NCBI GenBank assembly: GCA_010093745.1
Contig: MU005982.1
Coordinates: 124,001-188,000, forward strand
Length of the DNA: 64,000 nucleotides
Direction: 5' to 3'
Source of the DNA: Piedraia hortae CBS 480.64
Taxonomy: Eukaryota
The translations under genes were made by a program, and so were the position numbers. The notes beneath the pieces are model-generated. The model worked only from the letters and a program-made list of their open reading frames with translations, was not told where the DNA came from and did no database searches. Of this stretch, positions 1 through 12,053 are shown one piece after another; the stretch's first letter is position 1; the number at the start of each line of letters is the position of its first letter.

Positions 1-1192
1 GGGCCACGAGCTTCACTGCTATTTCTTCAAAGTCGTCGTTGGGCATTGCGGCCAGAAGTTGCTCCATGACAGGCCTGACCTCTTGCCTGAAAGCCTTCTT
101 CCAGGTTGAATCGCTACCCGTGCCTACCTCGACGTTTCCGCGCTCAATCAACTCTTTTAGGGCGTCCCAGCCGTTGAAATTCGAGAAATTGATACGACCG
201 TTCAATCGGTAACGTAGTCCCATCAGTTCCACGTAGACGGGGTCCGACTGGTGCCGTGGGGTTCGGTGATCGTCGTGGGGACGTGCTGGCTGCTCATTGG
301 CATCATCGGCTCTTGCTGCTGCCATGGGCTGCTGTTGAACAACCCATTCCCGGATGAGAAAGACGAGGATGAAGGCTGTGATAACGACGAGGGAAATTAC
401 AGATCCTTCGAGAATATCGATCAAGAACCGGGACAGTCGGGGAAACGTCTTGAGGTCCAAAGACCATGACGAAAGCAGCGATTCGTGGGCAGCTTCAAAA
501 GGGTTAGACGGCTGAGGATCCAGCACGATACCAGGGAGGCCAACTTGCTTGGTAATGTGCTTCATTATATCAGCCCTGGTGACGTTCCTGGTCCCGTTGA
601 GCTGTTTATAGGTTTCTTGGAGTATGCTTAAGGCTGTGGTTTCGTTTGCCTGGACCGACGTAACGAACGCCTCCATCTCCGGAGACCTAAACTTCCATAA
701 AAAGGCATCTCTTGCCCACCCAGCATCCGCGAACCAAAACATCCACCGCCAAGCCCATCTAACTAGCCACGGCAGCGTCACCAACCAGACGATCCCAACG
801 AGCGTGGCACGACCGGCGTTGGCCAGAGCCCTCAAGCCATGGACACAGGCCTGCTTTACAAACACTCCCCAAGGGAGGCTTTCGGGCATTTGTGCATCAT
901 ACAACTTTGTAAATCGAAAGGGAGTTTTACATAGCTCACAATACTTTTTACTAGAGTGATGGAGCCATTGCAGGAGACAGTCCTGATGCACAAACCTGAT
1001 GCTGCCGCTACACTTGCAAGGATGGAACAGCGGCTCATCCGTTGTGCCTTCCGAGCGACATATGCGGCAGGTTTCGGCCTTTTCGCTGGCGCCAGCCGTG
1101 GAGGACGTTGCCGTTCTTCGGAAGCCCATCGCTGGACCATCAAAGACGTCTTCATGGTCAGAGTCCATGTTGCCTGTCACCGCCTCCTCCAT
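1..1192 (-). CDS. DOA10: ERAD E3 ubiquitin ligase Doa10/Ssm4 (MARCH6 family), 5' portion; runs off window edge
   Basis: Manual translation from ATG 1192: MEEAVTG...ETCRICRSEGTTDEPLFHPCKCSGSIRFVHQDCLLQWLHHSSKKYCELCKTPFRFTKLY (RING-CH), later LIDILEGSVISLVVITAFILVFLIREWVVQQQP. Absent from the ORF track because there is no stop inside the window. Confidence 0.93.
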   Translation of the reverse strand, partial: MEEAVTGNMDSDHEDVFDGPAMGFRRTATSSTAGASEKAETCRICRSEGTTDEPLFHPCKCSGSIRFVHQDCLLQWLHHSSKKYCELCKTPFRFTKLYDAQMPESLPWGVFVKQACVHGLRALANAGRATLVGIVWLVTLPWLVRWAWRWMFWFADAGWARDAFLWKFRSPEMEAFVTSVQANETTALSILQETYKQLNGTRNVTRADIMKHITKQVGLPGIVLDPQPSNPFEAAHESLLSSWSLDLKTFPRLSRFLIDILEGSVISLVVITAFILVFLIREWVVQQQPMAAARADDANEQPARPHDDHRTPRHQSDPVYVELMGLRYRLNGRINFSNFNGWDALKELIERGNVEVGTGSDSTWKKAFRQEVRPVMEQLLAAMPNDDFEEIAVKLVA

Positions 1193-1383
1193 TGCTACCC
1201 AACGTCCACACTGCCCACCTTTGACGACATGACGGACAAACACTCCCGAAAGGGGAAGGTGAAGCGAATGACGTAGCCGCCAAGCCCCTGTAAAAGCCTG
1301 TTTTCTTGACGCCGCGCGCGTGAGCGACACTTTTGCGCGTGTGTTTTGGAGCCGTCAATCCATTCGCGCGCTTTGCATTCAAC

Positions 1384-4300
1384 ATGGCGACGCGAGATGC
1401 CGTCGTGCACGGCTATCCCAACGGCGAGACGTACGACGTCAAGCGCCCACAGACCGCCCGACGGCGACGAACATCACAAAAGACGGGCCTTCGGTGGCTC
1501 GTGGACAAGTGTCTCAAGGTAACGGTGTGGTATTTGCTGTATGTTATCGTCTTTAATTGCCCGTCGACGCCGGCCGAGTTGTCCGAGGAGAGTTCCCGCG
1601 TGTGTCGCCACTATTTCACCGCGAGGGACGCTGTTTGGCCCCACGCGAGGCCCTACTACGACGAATATGCGGCGCCGCACGTGGCCAAAGTGCAGCCGTA
1701 CTGGGATCAGTTCCACCAGAAGGCCTACAAGCCCGGAATGGAGGCTTACGGCAAGTACGGAGCTCCCAGGGTGCAGCAGGCGCGCGCGATTGGACACAGC
1801 CAGTGGAAGAAGACGGTGAAGCCGCAGCTTCTTGTGGCTGGAAATCATGCCAGGAAACAGTTTGACGCCGTGGCCGGTCCCTACGTCAAGAAAGTACAGC
1901 CGTACTACGACTCCGCCGCCACCTCGGCCAAGGACATGTGGGAGTTGGAACTGGAGCCGGCTTACCGACGAACAGCGCCCTATGTCCAGAAGCTCCTCAC
2001 CCACGGCCAGCGGTTTGCCGTTGACACGGCGCTTCCTCAGGCCCAATATGCCGCGTCGGCTGCCTGGAGCCTCTGGGTGCGTCAAGTTTGGCCGAAGCTC
2101 CACGTGCTCTACGGCCAAAACGTGGAGCCGCAACTGGCGCGCATCTCGGAGCGTCTCGGGCGGTACAGAGACGGCAAAGAGATCGAAGCCGAGGTCAAAA
2201 GCAGCCTGTCATCGTCCAGCCGTGCTGCCAAGTCTGATGAACCGGTGCAGGCGGCCACGGACAAGGTCTCGTCCGTCATCTCGTCGGTGCGCTCCGGCGA
2301 TTCGTCGGAGCCTTCGGACGTCGCTGATCGCTTCCGCACCGACCTTCAGAATTGGGAAAACGCCTGCGCTTCGGCCGCCGACGAGGGCGCGGAGCATCTC
2401 AAGGAACACATTGGCGAAATCACAGCGAACATCGTCAATCGCCAGGTCGAAGGCACCGCCAAGGCTTTGATTCAGAAGTTGGAAGCGACAGCCGATGGTG
2501 CCGTCGACAAGGTCAAGGCGCGCATCCTCAAGGTCGTTGGCAGCCTCCCAGACGAGGCGACGTCCGAGGACAGCGAAAAGGCCCACGAACAGGTTGCTGC
2601 AGCCGTTCACAAGGCTGGACAAAGCGTCAAACGGTCTGCCGAGGCGGTGCGGGACTGGAAGATCCAGACCGACGATGAGCTGGGCAGTCTTGTGAAGAGA
2701 GCTCTCGAATCGACATTGGAGACGATCGACAGCATCCGCGACCTGCGCCTTCAGGACATTGGCCGCAAATACTCGGACAAGGGCCTGCCGCACAAGGAAT
2801 GGAGCCACTTCAATTCGCTCAAGAAGACGACGCAGCAATGGCGCAACGACGTAGCCAAGGTCGCGGCCGACGACAACTTCAACATCACCGCTGTCAGGAA
2901 AGCCATTGACGGCGTTGAGGTCGACGCCCTTGCCATTGCAAAGCGGTCGGCGACCGTTCTTGGGCAGCTAAAGGAGATTGGCAAGACCAAAGTAGGCAAC
3001 AAGGACGCGACTGACAACTTTGACTCGCTCGGCGAGCCTCGGCTGAGCCAGGTCGTCGGCGGTGCCAGCGCGGCTGCAGAAAGCGTGTCGTCGGCTGTTC
3101 TTGGATCGACCGATGGCCTGACCGAGACTGTTGCGTCTTCTGCGTCTGCCGTTTCGCAAAGCCTCGGACCCAAAGCTGCGAGCATCTTGGCTGCGAAGAG
3201 GATGCAAAAGGAGGACATGGAGTCTTCGGCCGCTTCTGTCGCTACTGATGTCAGCATGAGCGCCTCGTCTGTTGTGGACAAGGCCGCCGAAGCCACGCCT
3301 GATGGCGACTCTGACTGGGTCGACCATGTTTCCTCAGCTGCTTCGGATGCCTCTGACCGTGCGTCTTCCAAAGTCTTTGGCGGTGCAATGGCCCAAGTTC
3401 TGGTCGAAGCCCGCGAACCCATCCTTGACGATGTGGTGGACGATGACTACTCTTTCTCCGAAAGAGTCCAGTCCATGGTTGATAACGCTTACGATGGCGT
3501 AGCCGAACTCACGCGTGCGGTCGAAGAGGCTCTCTCCTTGAAACAAACATCAACCCAGGGAACTGCAGAGAGCGCCACCAGCGTTGCCAGCGAACGGTAC
3601 GAATCTGCCATGTCTGCTGCCAGCAGCGTTCTCATTGGCACTGCCAAGGAGGAGAAGAGCGGCAGTGCGGCTGCCAGAGCCATTTACACCTCTGCCGTTG
3701 AAGCCGCTTCTCATGCGCTCTACGGAACGCCCGCCACTTCCAACCTTGCTTCTTCCGTCGGTTCGAGTATCGATGGTGCAACCAACGCAGCTGGCTCCTA
3801 CTACAGCTCTGCCCTGGCCCAGGCTTCGTCCCAGTACGACGGTGCCAAGTCTCGCATTTCCGTCCAAGTGTCTGGCGCCCCAGAGCCGATGCACAAGCAG
3901 ATGTATGCATCGGCAGGGTCTGCGTATTCAGATGCCGTGGCAGCCGCCTCTAAGCAATACCAGGGTGTCTTGTCTGCCGCTCCGACCATCTCCAACCCGT
4001 TTGCGTCGACGTCTCAACCGGCGTATGAAAGCATCAACTCGGTCGCCTCGTCGCGTCTGGCAGAAGGGCTTAGCGCCGCGTCTGCGCAGTATGAGAGCGC
4101 CAAGGTTGCTCTTGGTCTTGCTGAGGCTACGCCTGAAGGCTACATGGACTCCGCGCGGGCCAAGTATCTTATGGGACTCGGTCTTGCTCATGATCAGTTA
4201 GTACCTACGCCATGGCTATGTTTTTTAAGGCTGACTCTTTTTAGATATTCCTCCTTCCTTGCGGCCGCCTCCAGCGCTGTTGGTGCAACGCCAACTACTG

Positions 4301-5694
4301 GCCACGAGGTCTACGTGACAGCAGCACAAAAGAGCTACAGCTCGGCCCTTGCTGCTGCATCCAGCAAGATGGATGAGCTGAGGTTTTCTGCGTCGCAATT
4401 CGTTCCCAACGCCATGGGCGGCTCTTCCAAGCCACCATCGCAGGAAGCGCTCGACTCCATCTCTTCCAGCTACAGCTCCGCTGTCTCTGCTGCTTCTTCG
4501 CAGCTTGCCGCTGCGTCTTCTTTGGCTAGTGTCAAGTTGTATGGCACTCCCAAGGGCTTTGGTGATTCTGCATCTTCCATGTACGATGATGCAGCCTCTC
4601 AAGCCAGCTCAGCCATCTACGGCAGCGAAACCCCCTGGACCGAGTCTGTTGCGTCCCAGGCGTCTCAGAACTGGGAGGCTCTCATCTCCAAGGCCAGCGA
4701 GCAAGTGTATGGCCAACCGCCTCCGATGACTGAATCCCTCAGAAGCCAGGCAGGCGTCTACGCCTCTCAAGTGACCGGTGCTGTCACCAGCCACTACGCA
4801 GCCGCCGCTGCCATAGCCGCTGCCCAGTACGAAGCGGTCCAGAAACTCTTCTCAGAGGCCGTCAGCGGCAAAGAACCAGCCTTCACCGAAAGCGTCATGA
4901 AACGCCTCCAAGACGTCTATTATACCGGTGCACCAGCCGTCATGTCCAGCGCATCAAGCTATGCGAGCGAGAAGTCGTCAAGCGTATCCACTTTCGCCAG
5001 CGAAAAGTCCTCGATCGCATCCAGCTATGCCAGCGACAAATACTCAAGCGCGTCAAGCTATGCCGATGAAGTCTACTCCTCCGCCTCCTCCGCCGTCTCA
5101 TCAGTGTTCACCCCTCCCCCCAAAATCTCATCCATCATGTCCGACCTAAGCCAACAACTCGACGACGCCGTCAGTGCAGCCTCCGTCCAAGTCTATGGAA
5201 CGACCAAAGGCACCTTCGAATCCGCAACAGACGCCGCAGCATCAGCATACACCGACGCCGCCTCCCGCGCCAGCGAAGCCATATACGGTACACAGCTCGG
5301 GTACGCTGAAGCGGCGCAGTCGAGCATCGCCAACCTCGGTGCCTCAGCGTCAAAGGCCCTCTCTGAAGCCGTTTACGGGACGGAAACGGGCAATGTAGAG
5401 GCCGCATCCAGCAGCGCGGCGAGTATCTACTCTTCCCTGTCCTCTGCGGCTTCTTCGTCGTCGTCGGCAATCCTCTCCTCGATTACCTCGGCGGTCTACG
5501 GTCAGGAAGAAAAAACCTACATGGAGTCGGTGAACGAGCAAATCCGCGCAGCGATTGATGCGGCGCAGAAGAGGATTGAGGCGTTGGGAGCGGAGGCGGG
5601 GAGTCAGGCAAGTGGTGCCAGTGAAGCTGTTGCTTCGGCGATGAGTTCAATCAGTAGTGTGGCTGTCAAAGCCTCGGGGAAGGATGAACTTTAG
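1384..5694 (+). CDS. Large Ser/Ala-rich ER-type membrane protein (She10/Osw7-like conserved fungal family), C-terminal KDEL
   Basis: Long ORF, likely ATG 1384; N-terminal TM (VTVWYLLYVIVF), helical middle, repeated A-x-YG motifs, ends KDEL; probable in-frame intron 4197-4244 (GTTAGT...CTGAC...TTAG). Confidence 0.75.
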   Translation: MATRDAVVHGYPNGETYDVKRPQTARRRRTSQKTGLRWLVDKCLKVTVWYLLYVIVFNCPSTPAELSEESSRVCRHYFTARDAVWPHARPYYDEYAAPHVAKVQPYWDQFHQKAYKPGMEAYGKYGAPRVQQARAIGHSQWKKTVKPQLLVAGNHARKQFDAVAGPYVKKVQPYYDSAATSAKDMWELELEPAYRRTAPYVQKLLTHGQRFAVDTALPQAQYAASAAWSLWVRQVWPKLHVLYGQNVEPQLARISERLGRYRDGKEIEAEVKSSLSSSSRAAKSDEPVQAATDKVSSVISSVRSGDSSEPSDVADRFRTDLQNWENACASAADEGAEHLKEHIGEITANIVNRQVEGTAKALIQKLEATADGAVDKVKARILKVVGSLPDEATSEDSEKAHEQVAAAVHKAGQSVKRSAEAVRDWKIQTDDELGSLVKRALESTLETIDSIRDLRLQDIGRKYSDKGLPHKEWSHFNSLKKTTQQWRNDVAKVAADDNFNITAVRKAIDGVEVDALAIAKRSATVLGQLKEIGKTKVGNKDATDNFDSLGEPRLSQVVGGASAAAESVSSAVLGSTDGLTETVASSASAVSQSLGPKAASILAAKRMQKEDMESSAASVATDVSMSASSVVDKAAEATPDGDSDWVDHVSSAASDASDRASSKVFGGAMAQVLVEAREPILDDVVDDDYSFSERVQSMVDNAYDGVAELTRAVEEALSLKQTSTQGTAESATSVASERYESAMSAASSVLIGTAKEEKSGSAAARAIYTSAVEAASHALYGTPATSNLASSVGSSIDGATNAAGSYYSSALAQASSQYDGAKSRISVQVSGAPEPMHKQMYASAGSAYSDAVAAASKQYQGVLSAAPTISNPFASTSQPAYESINSVASSRLAEGLSAASAQYESAKVALGLAEATPEGYMDSARAKYLMGLGLAHDQLVPTPWLCFLRLTLFRYSSFLAAASSAVGATPTTGHEVYVTAAQKSYSSALAAASSKMDELRFSASQFVPNAMGGSSKPPSQEALDSISSSYSSAVSAASSQLAAASSLASVKLYGTPKGFGDSASSMYDDAASQASSAIYGSETPWTESVASQASQNWEALISKASEQVYGQPPPMTESLRSQAGVYASQVTGAVTSHYAAAAAIAAAQYEAVQKLFSEAVSGKEPAFTESVMKRLQDVYYTGAPAVMSSASSYASEKSSSVSTFASEKSSIASSYASDKYSSASSYADEVYSSASSAVSSVFTPPPKISSIMSDLSQQLDDAVSAASVQVYGTTKGTFESATDAAASAYTDAASRASEAIYGTQLGYAEAAQSSIANLGASASKALSEAVYGTETGNVEAASSSAASIYSSLSSAASSSSSAILSSITSAVYGQEEKTYMESVNEQIRAAIDAAQKRIEALGAEAGSQASGASEAVASAMSSISSVAVKASGKDEL

Positions 5695-6014
5695 GGATGA
5701 ACTTTAGCGTGTACTTTTTTTCTTTTTTTTTGAAAGGGTGTATTATAATCGAGGGTAGTATATAGTTTGTATGGGTTTACTTTAACTCTGCATTAGTTGA
5801 CTTGAGGGAGTATGAGCAAGGTCAAGCTGAACGGTCGTGGTAGGCTTTATCAGGTTTGAATCAGGGTAGTTGTCAAGATTCATTTCCTCAGATTTTATGT
5901 GATATTCTACATAGGCTGCGCATACATAGGCAATGCGCGTGGTCACGTAATTGGGCTGAGACGGCTGGAAAGTTGCTGGCAGTCTCCTCTCCAGACCAGT
6001 CCATAGAGGACGGG

Positions 6015-6322
6015 TGTCAAAAGGATGTAGCACCCACCATGATTAGAACCATAGATAGAAGTCGAAACTTCTCAGGGTTTTTACTTCTATAGAGGAAGTC
6101 TTCCCTGAGACGGGTCATTGTCTCGTTCATGCTTAAGGGCATGGTTCGCTGACGTTGTCCTGGCAAATGCGGTTAGACTGAGGTAGTGTGGGGGAGATTT
6201 CGAACCTCACCTCATAGATTTAGACATTTACATTTTTCACCTTTTTCAGTAAAAGTTGAGTGAAAAACTTTCGTCGTTGACATCCACTCCGCTCTAGTCC
6301 TCGGAGGTTCACCCCTCCGACA
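6015..6322 (-). mobile_element. Solo LTR, family A
   Basis: TG...CA ends, 5-bp TSD ACGGG (6010-6014/6323-6327); reverse complement of 49420-49726. Confidence 0.9.
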
Positions 6323-6336
6323 ACGGGACTACATGA

Positions 6337-8400
6337 TCATGTGTACATCCGAATCTTTGAATGAAGCTCTAATAGCACTGGCTTCAAACCACATACACCC
6401 ACTTCCTGTCTGCAAACAGACAAACTCCACCATATAAACCTCTTCGTAGCTCCCCGAAAACGTCCCTCGCCTCCTCCATTATCTCCCCAGCCCACTCCAA
6501 AACCGACGAAGTGCCGAACCATGTCCCCCCTCCTCCAGTTATCCCTAACCAACCCCAAACCCGCACCAAACACTCGCACCTCCTCGCGAGTCACCTCCTC
6601 CCTCCTTCATCATATTCCTAGCCCACTCGACAACCAAATCTGCCAAATCCTCCTTGCGATATTTCGACGCCTTTGCAAGGAGGGGTTTTGCCACGAAGTT
6701 TTACCCGAATGTTTTCTGTGCACTGCTTCGTTCCCGGCAGTGCCCTTTAATTTGAATCAAGGGGAGGTGGGGATACAGGCATGACATTCCTCCCTTTCAA
6801 GGTCAGACTTGTTGAGCTCGAATGCCAACTGGTCGTCTAAATTTCCGGCATTGGGGTGTTCGTCGCGCTGGGAGACCGGGGGGGGGGGGGGGGGGTTTTC
6901 TCTTCTTCTGTCCCAGGTGCCCTTGCAGCTTTCTGATGAGGCGGCGGTGGGGCTTCGCTGCCGATGAGAACGACTTGAAAGAGGCGATCGATGTAAACCT
7001 CGCTTGCGAGTGTGTCACCAGGTACTCCTTCCAGGGATTTGGTGTTTTTGGAGTAAATGAGCACGGTGGTGGAGTTGTAGGATTGGCAGACATGTACGGC
7101 CTCGTTGTGGGCAGCGCTCGTGAGACGATATTGGTGCGTGGAAGATGAGACTTCAGGCAGGCTTGTCCCTCTTTCCCGGTAGGACTTGGTAAGAGGGCGG
7201 TCCACTGGTCATCGGCATTCCCGGAGTTGTAACTTTCTGCGCGGCCGGTAGGAGGCAAGTTCCTCCTTGATCTCAGGTACCACTTTGTCTTCCTGATGTG
7301 TTGGCGGCGAAACTCAACCTTCCCGATCAGAGTGACTTGTGAGAGGTCCAGGCTCAGATCTCTTCGAATCTCAAAGTCGTGTTCGGCGAGGCTGCGCCTC
7401 CAAAACCTGGAAGACCTCCTCTTGGCCCTTGACGAGGCACACTTTCTTGAAGGAAGCCGAAAGATACTGCACCACTCCGTTTTATCCATATGTGATCCGC
7501 TTTTACGACCGTGCAATCCGCCGTAGCCGTTTCGTGTACCCACGTGAAGTTGCTGTACGTATGGGACAACCATGGTGCATTGGCCTTTGTCAGGTGATGT
7601 GAGGTGAAGTGCGGGATATCACCCCAGATAGCCTGTCTTGTGAGCCTGATTTGCATCCACCGCCCCACCTCGTCAACTAGCAGTTGGCATGAGACCGACC
7701 CACCAAAGCTTCCTCCATTTTCCAATTGAGCGCTCCTGATTGTCCTTGACATTGTACTGCTTGACCTCTTAACGTCTTTTCCGGATCTTAAGGTCTTCAA
7801 GGGTGGCCGTTGGTGTAGCGATAGGACTCACATGGATGGGAGTGCGCAGCGGCCCGAACTAAGAGGACGAAGCGATAGACAGAACTTGACAAGAGGGACA
7901 GGACAAGTGCAGATGGATATGAGTCATTACCAGTGTCGATATGACAGCGTGAACGACTATCTATTCAAGATGAGGGAACGTTCAAAATGAAAATCCTGCA
8001 CCGGTGGGCCGGTGACGTCACGTCGTACACTAGAAGGGCGCATTTGCCATGTCACATATGACATGACCCTAGGGGAAAAACCTATAGTGCAGCTGGTAGT
8101 GTAGGAGGTATCGCTGACTTGCTATGCAAGTGCCCCGCATACGCGCTAGCGGCGATGCTTGACTCCAATTGGTTCATCAGATTCCTCCTTCATCTTTCCC
8201 GTATTCTTCATTGACACTTCCTCTGCTTGACGTTTCTTGATACTTTTTTCCATCTCCAAAGCGGGGATTCTCCCTCCTTAGGTTTGGCGTTTGCTGGCAT
8301 CCTCTCCTCGACAGCAGCCACCAAGCGTGGTATGTACGGACCATTGTTTCTTCAATGGTTCGGGCGTCAAACGACAAGATTAAGAGGAATTTGAAACGAC
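6337..8400 (-). pseudogene. Probable decayed gene of unknown identity, interrupted by an LTR and a G18 tract
   Basis: Several overlapping minus-strand ORF fragments in different frames continuing on both sides of the 7814-8168 LTR; no recognisable domain. Confidence 0.3.
7814..8168 (-). mobile_element. Solo LTR, family C
   Basis: Reverse complement of 17055-17416 and 38796-39156; TTGG flanks both sides (degenerate TSD). Confidence 0.85.
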
Positions 8401-10591
8401 AAGATCAAGGGCCAAAGTTCAGTGAGACAGGTGTAATGAAAGGGAAAAAAGGGGTGGAAGGCCAAGACCACAAATGCGAAATTACCCCACTGCGGAATTC
8501 GGCCGCAGGGCAAAGTGACGTTATTGGACAACGCCACCCCTGGTTCAACGTAACGCAATGTATGGAAACTGCACTAGCTGACTCCCTCAGAGGGAAGCTT
8601 GAAAGTCCTGTTTGATCCGTGCACATCACAGCGACGTATATAGTACCTATACGATTGAGGGCGAAGGCCCGAAGTGGCGGTTTAGCTGGAAGGGCTGTTC
8701 CAGCATCAATGGGTTTATGGACGGCTGGGATTATACTATCCTCGTTCACGGACGTGCAAGGGAGGGATCAGGTGCTTGTGTGCTTGATGGGGTGAGGTAG
8801 AGGGAACAGCAGGGTAATCGGACGTGCATATCTTCGGGAATTGGCTTCTTGGAAGATAGTTGTTGCGTAGCGTAATCGTTCTGAAGGTTGAGATCTTACG
8901 AAGTTATACTCTCCTCATATTTAACAGCGAGCTTATATACATGTAGCTTCTTTGTTCAGACAGTCTCAAATATCACTCCATTGCCCCACTGTCCTCTTTA
9001 TTATGCTCTTTGAGCATTTTGCTATACAGGATTTTTCTTTTCATAGTCTTTGTTATCATGCCGAGGTATGGCACTGATACTTCTCAACAACATTGGCGAC
9101 TTGCCCTCAAATTGTGCGGGCAAAGTCATTTAGGACCAAGAGTGTTTCAGTTTGGGTGGAGGCGGTAGAACTCAGATCATACGTCATGCCTTTGGTTCCT
9201 ACATTGTCGTTGTCCTTTTCCATCTTCGTCACAATGCTCGAACAACTCCTGTTGTCCTTGGAGCAATCTCTCGGCCCGCCACTGGGCCTTCTCATAAGAG
9301 CATTAACAAGAGGACGTGTGACTCTGGTGATCAGCCATTGACCACGATCGGCAAGACTCGTGACGAGCTTTATCCGGTGGATGAACGCCTTGGTGAGTTA
9401 TCGCCAAGCTCGAATAGCAGCTGCCCTGCACATCATCTATCGGTCAATGCGCTGACTTGGACATTTCTCCCGGATCGCGGTAACTTCGAGTGTTTTTGGC
9501 GACATGGGTCAAAGTCGGGTGTATATCAGGTCTTGTGTGCTCAAGCTGGACCTCTGTGTGCTCTCTGAATGGAAGGATTGTGGGGTATTTGATTCCCAGC
9601 TTTGTGCAGTGGTGATTCAGGGCTGCAATCAACGTAGGTGAGATCAGGATTTGGTGGTGTGCGGATCCGGTAGAGCTTTGTGCTAATTCTACGCGGTGTT
9701 TTTAGGAGAGCCGAGACTCTTAGGAGGGATCAGGGTTGTCGTTTCGGTTCGTCAAGGCTTATGGCTTGAAGAGTCAGGATGCGACCCGTTCGTAGTTTTG
9801 ACTTTCAATTCGTCCTAGTTAGCAGGAGTCAAATAGCGGCTATGTGATGTCAATGTACACGGTGACGAAACTACTGAAGGGACAATCCATCGATATTGTG
9901 TGTTTCTTGACAAAACACTGCCAACACAGCAAGACTTGCCACTGGGCAGAAGATTCCGGGTCGACTTTCCACACTTAGAGTCCATGCGTTGGACAAACTT
10001 TACAACTTGAACTTCAACCCGTTTGGATAATCCTTCTCATAGTATTTGACCTAACGATCCGACTCTAGTCTGTGTAGCTTAAGGCTTATCCTTCTAGTTT
10101 TTTCCTGTGATATTCCCAGACTGAACCACTGTTAGTAACAAGATCAAAATATAGTTAAAAGGAGAGTCATCATTTGCTGAGGTGCCATCTCCCCTCGTTG
10201 CTTTCGTGACCGTAGCAAGCATCGTTAGCTTGTATCTCGTGTGCAAGGGAATCGCTTGGGCTTACCTCCATCGGACACTGACAAATCTCCTGCTCACGTT
10301 GAAAAAACGACAAGATAAAGGCCTGTGCAATCTCAGACTTCTGGTCAGACGAGTCCGAAACAACCTCCGAGGCCCTGTTGCGCATATCTACCGTCCTGTT
10401 TGCTCTAACGCGTTTCTTCTCCCAAACGTCTCACCATGCTCCTTGCAAGCTGCCCCGTAGTAGCAACACCTTGGCGATACCATGGTCTGAAAACATCGAG
10501 GCAGCTTTCATCTGCTATCTACCCGTTACAGGTTATGTCGAATCTCTCCAACAATCTCCACAGCGAAGGCCTTTGCACTTGTCAGCCTGGC

Positions 10592-11616
10592 TCACCATTC
10601 GTCATCGTCTTCGCCATAAGACTCTATTTCCTCGCTACTGGTCTCGCTAGTGCTGTCGTCAGCCGTGCAAATGTCTTCTTCGTCGTCGAAAGGTTCGTCA
10701 AAAATATCTGGCAGATCCCAAATCACGCGAACAACAGCACGGTCGTACGGCTAGACGAGAATTGTCAGCATTGGTATATCATGATAGTGGTCCACATACA
10801 GACTGAGTTTCAATCGCGCGACGGGACGGGTACGCAAGAAATGTCTTCAGGAACCCATCGGTGATTGACTCCTGCCGCGTCAAGTCTTCCGGCTGGTCCC
10901 ATGTTAGCAACACTGTAATTTCAAGGGGTCATCGAAACTCACCATCTGGCGAGTCACCAATTGGAGATTGTCATCCTCACGACCCTAGCATTCATGGTTA
11001 GTCTGTGTCATTTCATGCAAAAGTGTCCGCTGACGCTTACAACCATCATTGGGCCGACAGCCGCATAGATCTCCTGGCTTATATTATCGAGAACAGATAC
11101 AAGCACCTGCGGCAAAATTTGAACCGAAAGCGGCATTCCTGCGCGTGAGGCTGCAGCCACCTCAGCTGCCCTATGGAGGACGGCGGAGTACCAGCATCCC
11201 GTTTCATACTCGTAACGTCCATCCCACGGGTACGTGGGCCGGCGAATATCAACGAGACAGGCCAACATGTTGTTAATGGACGAGTCAATCAAGTTGCAAA
11301 TATCCCTGCAATTTAAGAAGTGGATAAGACGCTGGCCCGGAGATTTGATGGGATTCTTGTCCGATGCTGCAAAGCTCTTGATGCTTACCGCGAACAGCTT
11401 TTCGCGGAAATCGAAATAGGCTTTCGCAACGGTCGGCGGTACCATCATTGACTCAGTACCAATGATGCATTCGACGAAATATCCATATGCTCCCTTCAGC
11501 GCTTGGAGCATGTCCTTGTCCGTCAAGTCTTCCGGCTCCTTGGAAAGAAGCTTGCACAAGTTTTCCACATCCTCATTGACCTGAAGGTCGGGATAACAAG
11601 TAACGCTGTCACTCAT
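10592..11616 (-). CDS. Orphan protein A (4 coding exons, acidic C-terminus), paralog of 13070-14254
   Basis: Exon 1 from ATG 11616 to GTAAGC donor at 11040; then exons GREDDNLQLVTRQM, PEDLTRQ...AIETQS, PYDRAVVRVIWDLPD...EDDDEW*; canonical donors, CTAAC/CTGAC branch points and AG acceptors. 3' end uncertain. Confidence 0.7.
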
Positions 11617-12053
11617 CTTTGCGACAACTAGTCAGAGCGTGATATCAGAAAGATGTGTATGCGAACAGTATAAGAAAGCACTAACGTTGTGCGATGCTTG
11701 GTAGGAGATTGAAGGTAGGAGGAGTGGGGGTGGAAGATCACAGCGGCGCAGGAACGTGACATTGAAGAATGCTACCCAGTAACGCGACGCGCTTGGAAGT
11801 CAAGTTCAATACGCGCTAATCGGTGGACCCGGTCGGCCCGGGTTCGTGCATTAGTCCCAAAGCATGGACTACCTCACACTTGAGGTCTGTATGGAGATAA
11901 ATCACATCATGTATCAACGACAGCGCAACGGGGTGGTTTACACAAGCGCCATTTGGAATCCTCCGTTTTAACCTTGCTAACGACCCAACGCTACTGTCGA
12001 TACTAAAATCCTACTACTCAAAGCCTCAAAAGGGAAAGTCTTCATACGTATCC

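Noticed and set aside
5682..5707. Tandem GGATGAACTTTAG duplication at the KDEL stop
   Set aside because: Simple 13-bp slippage duplication with no coding effect.
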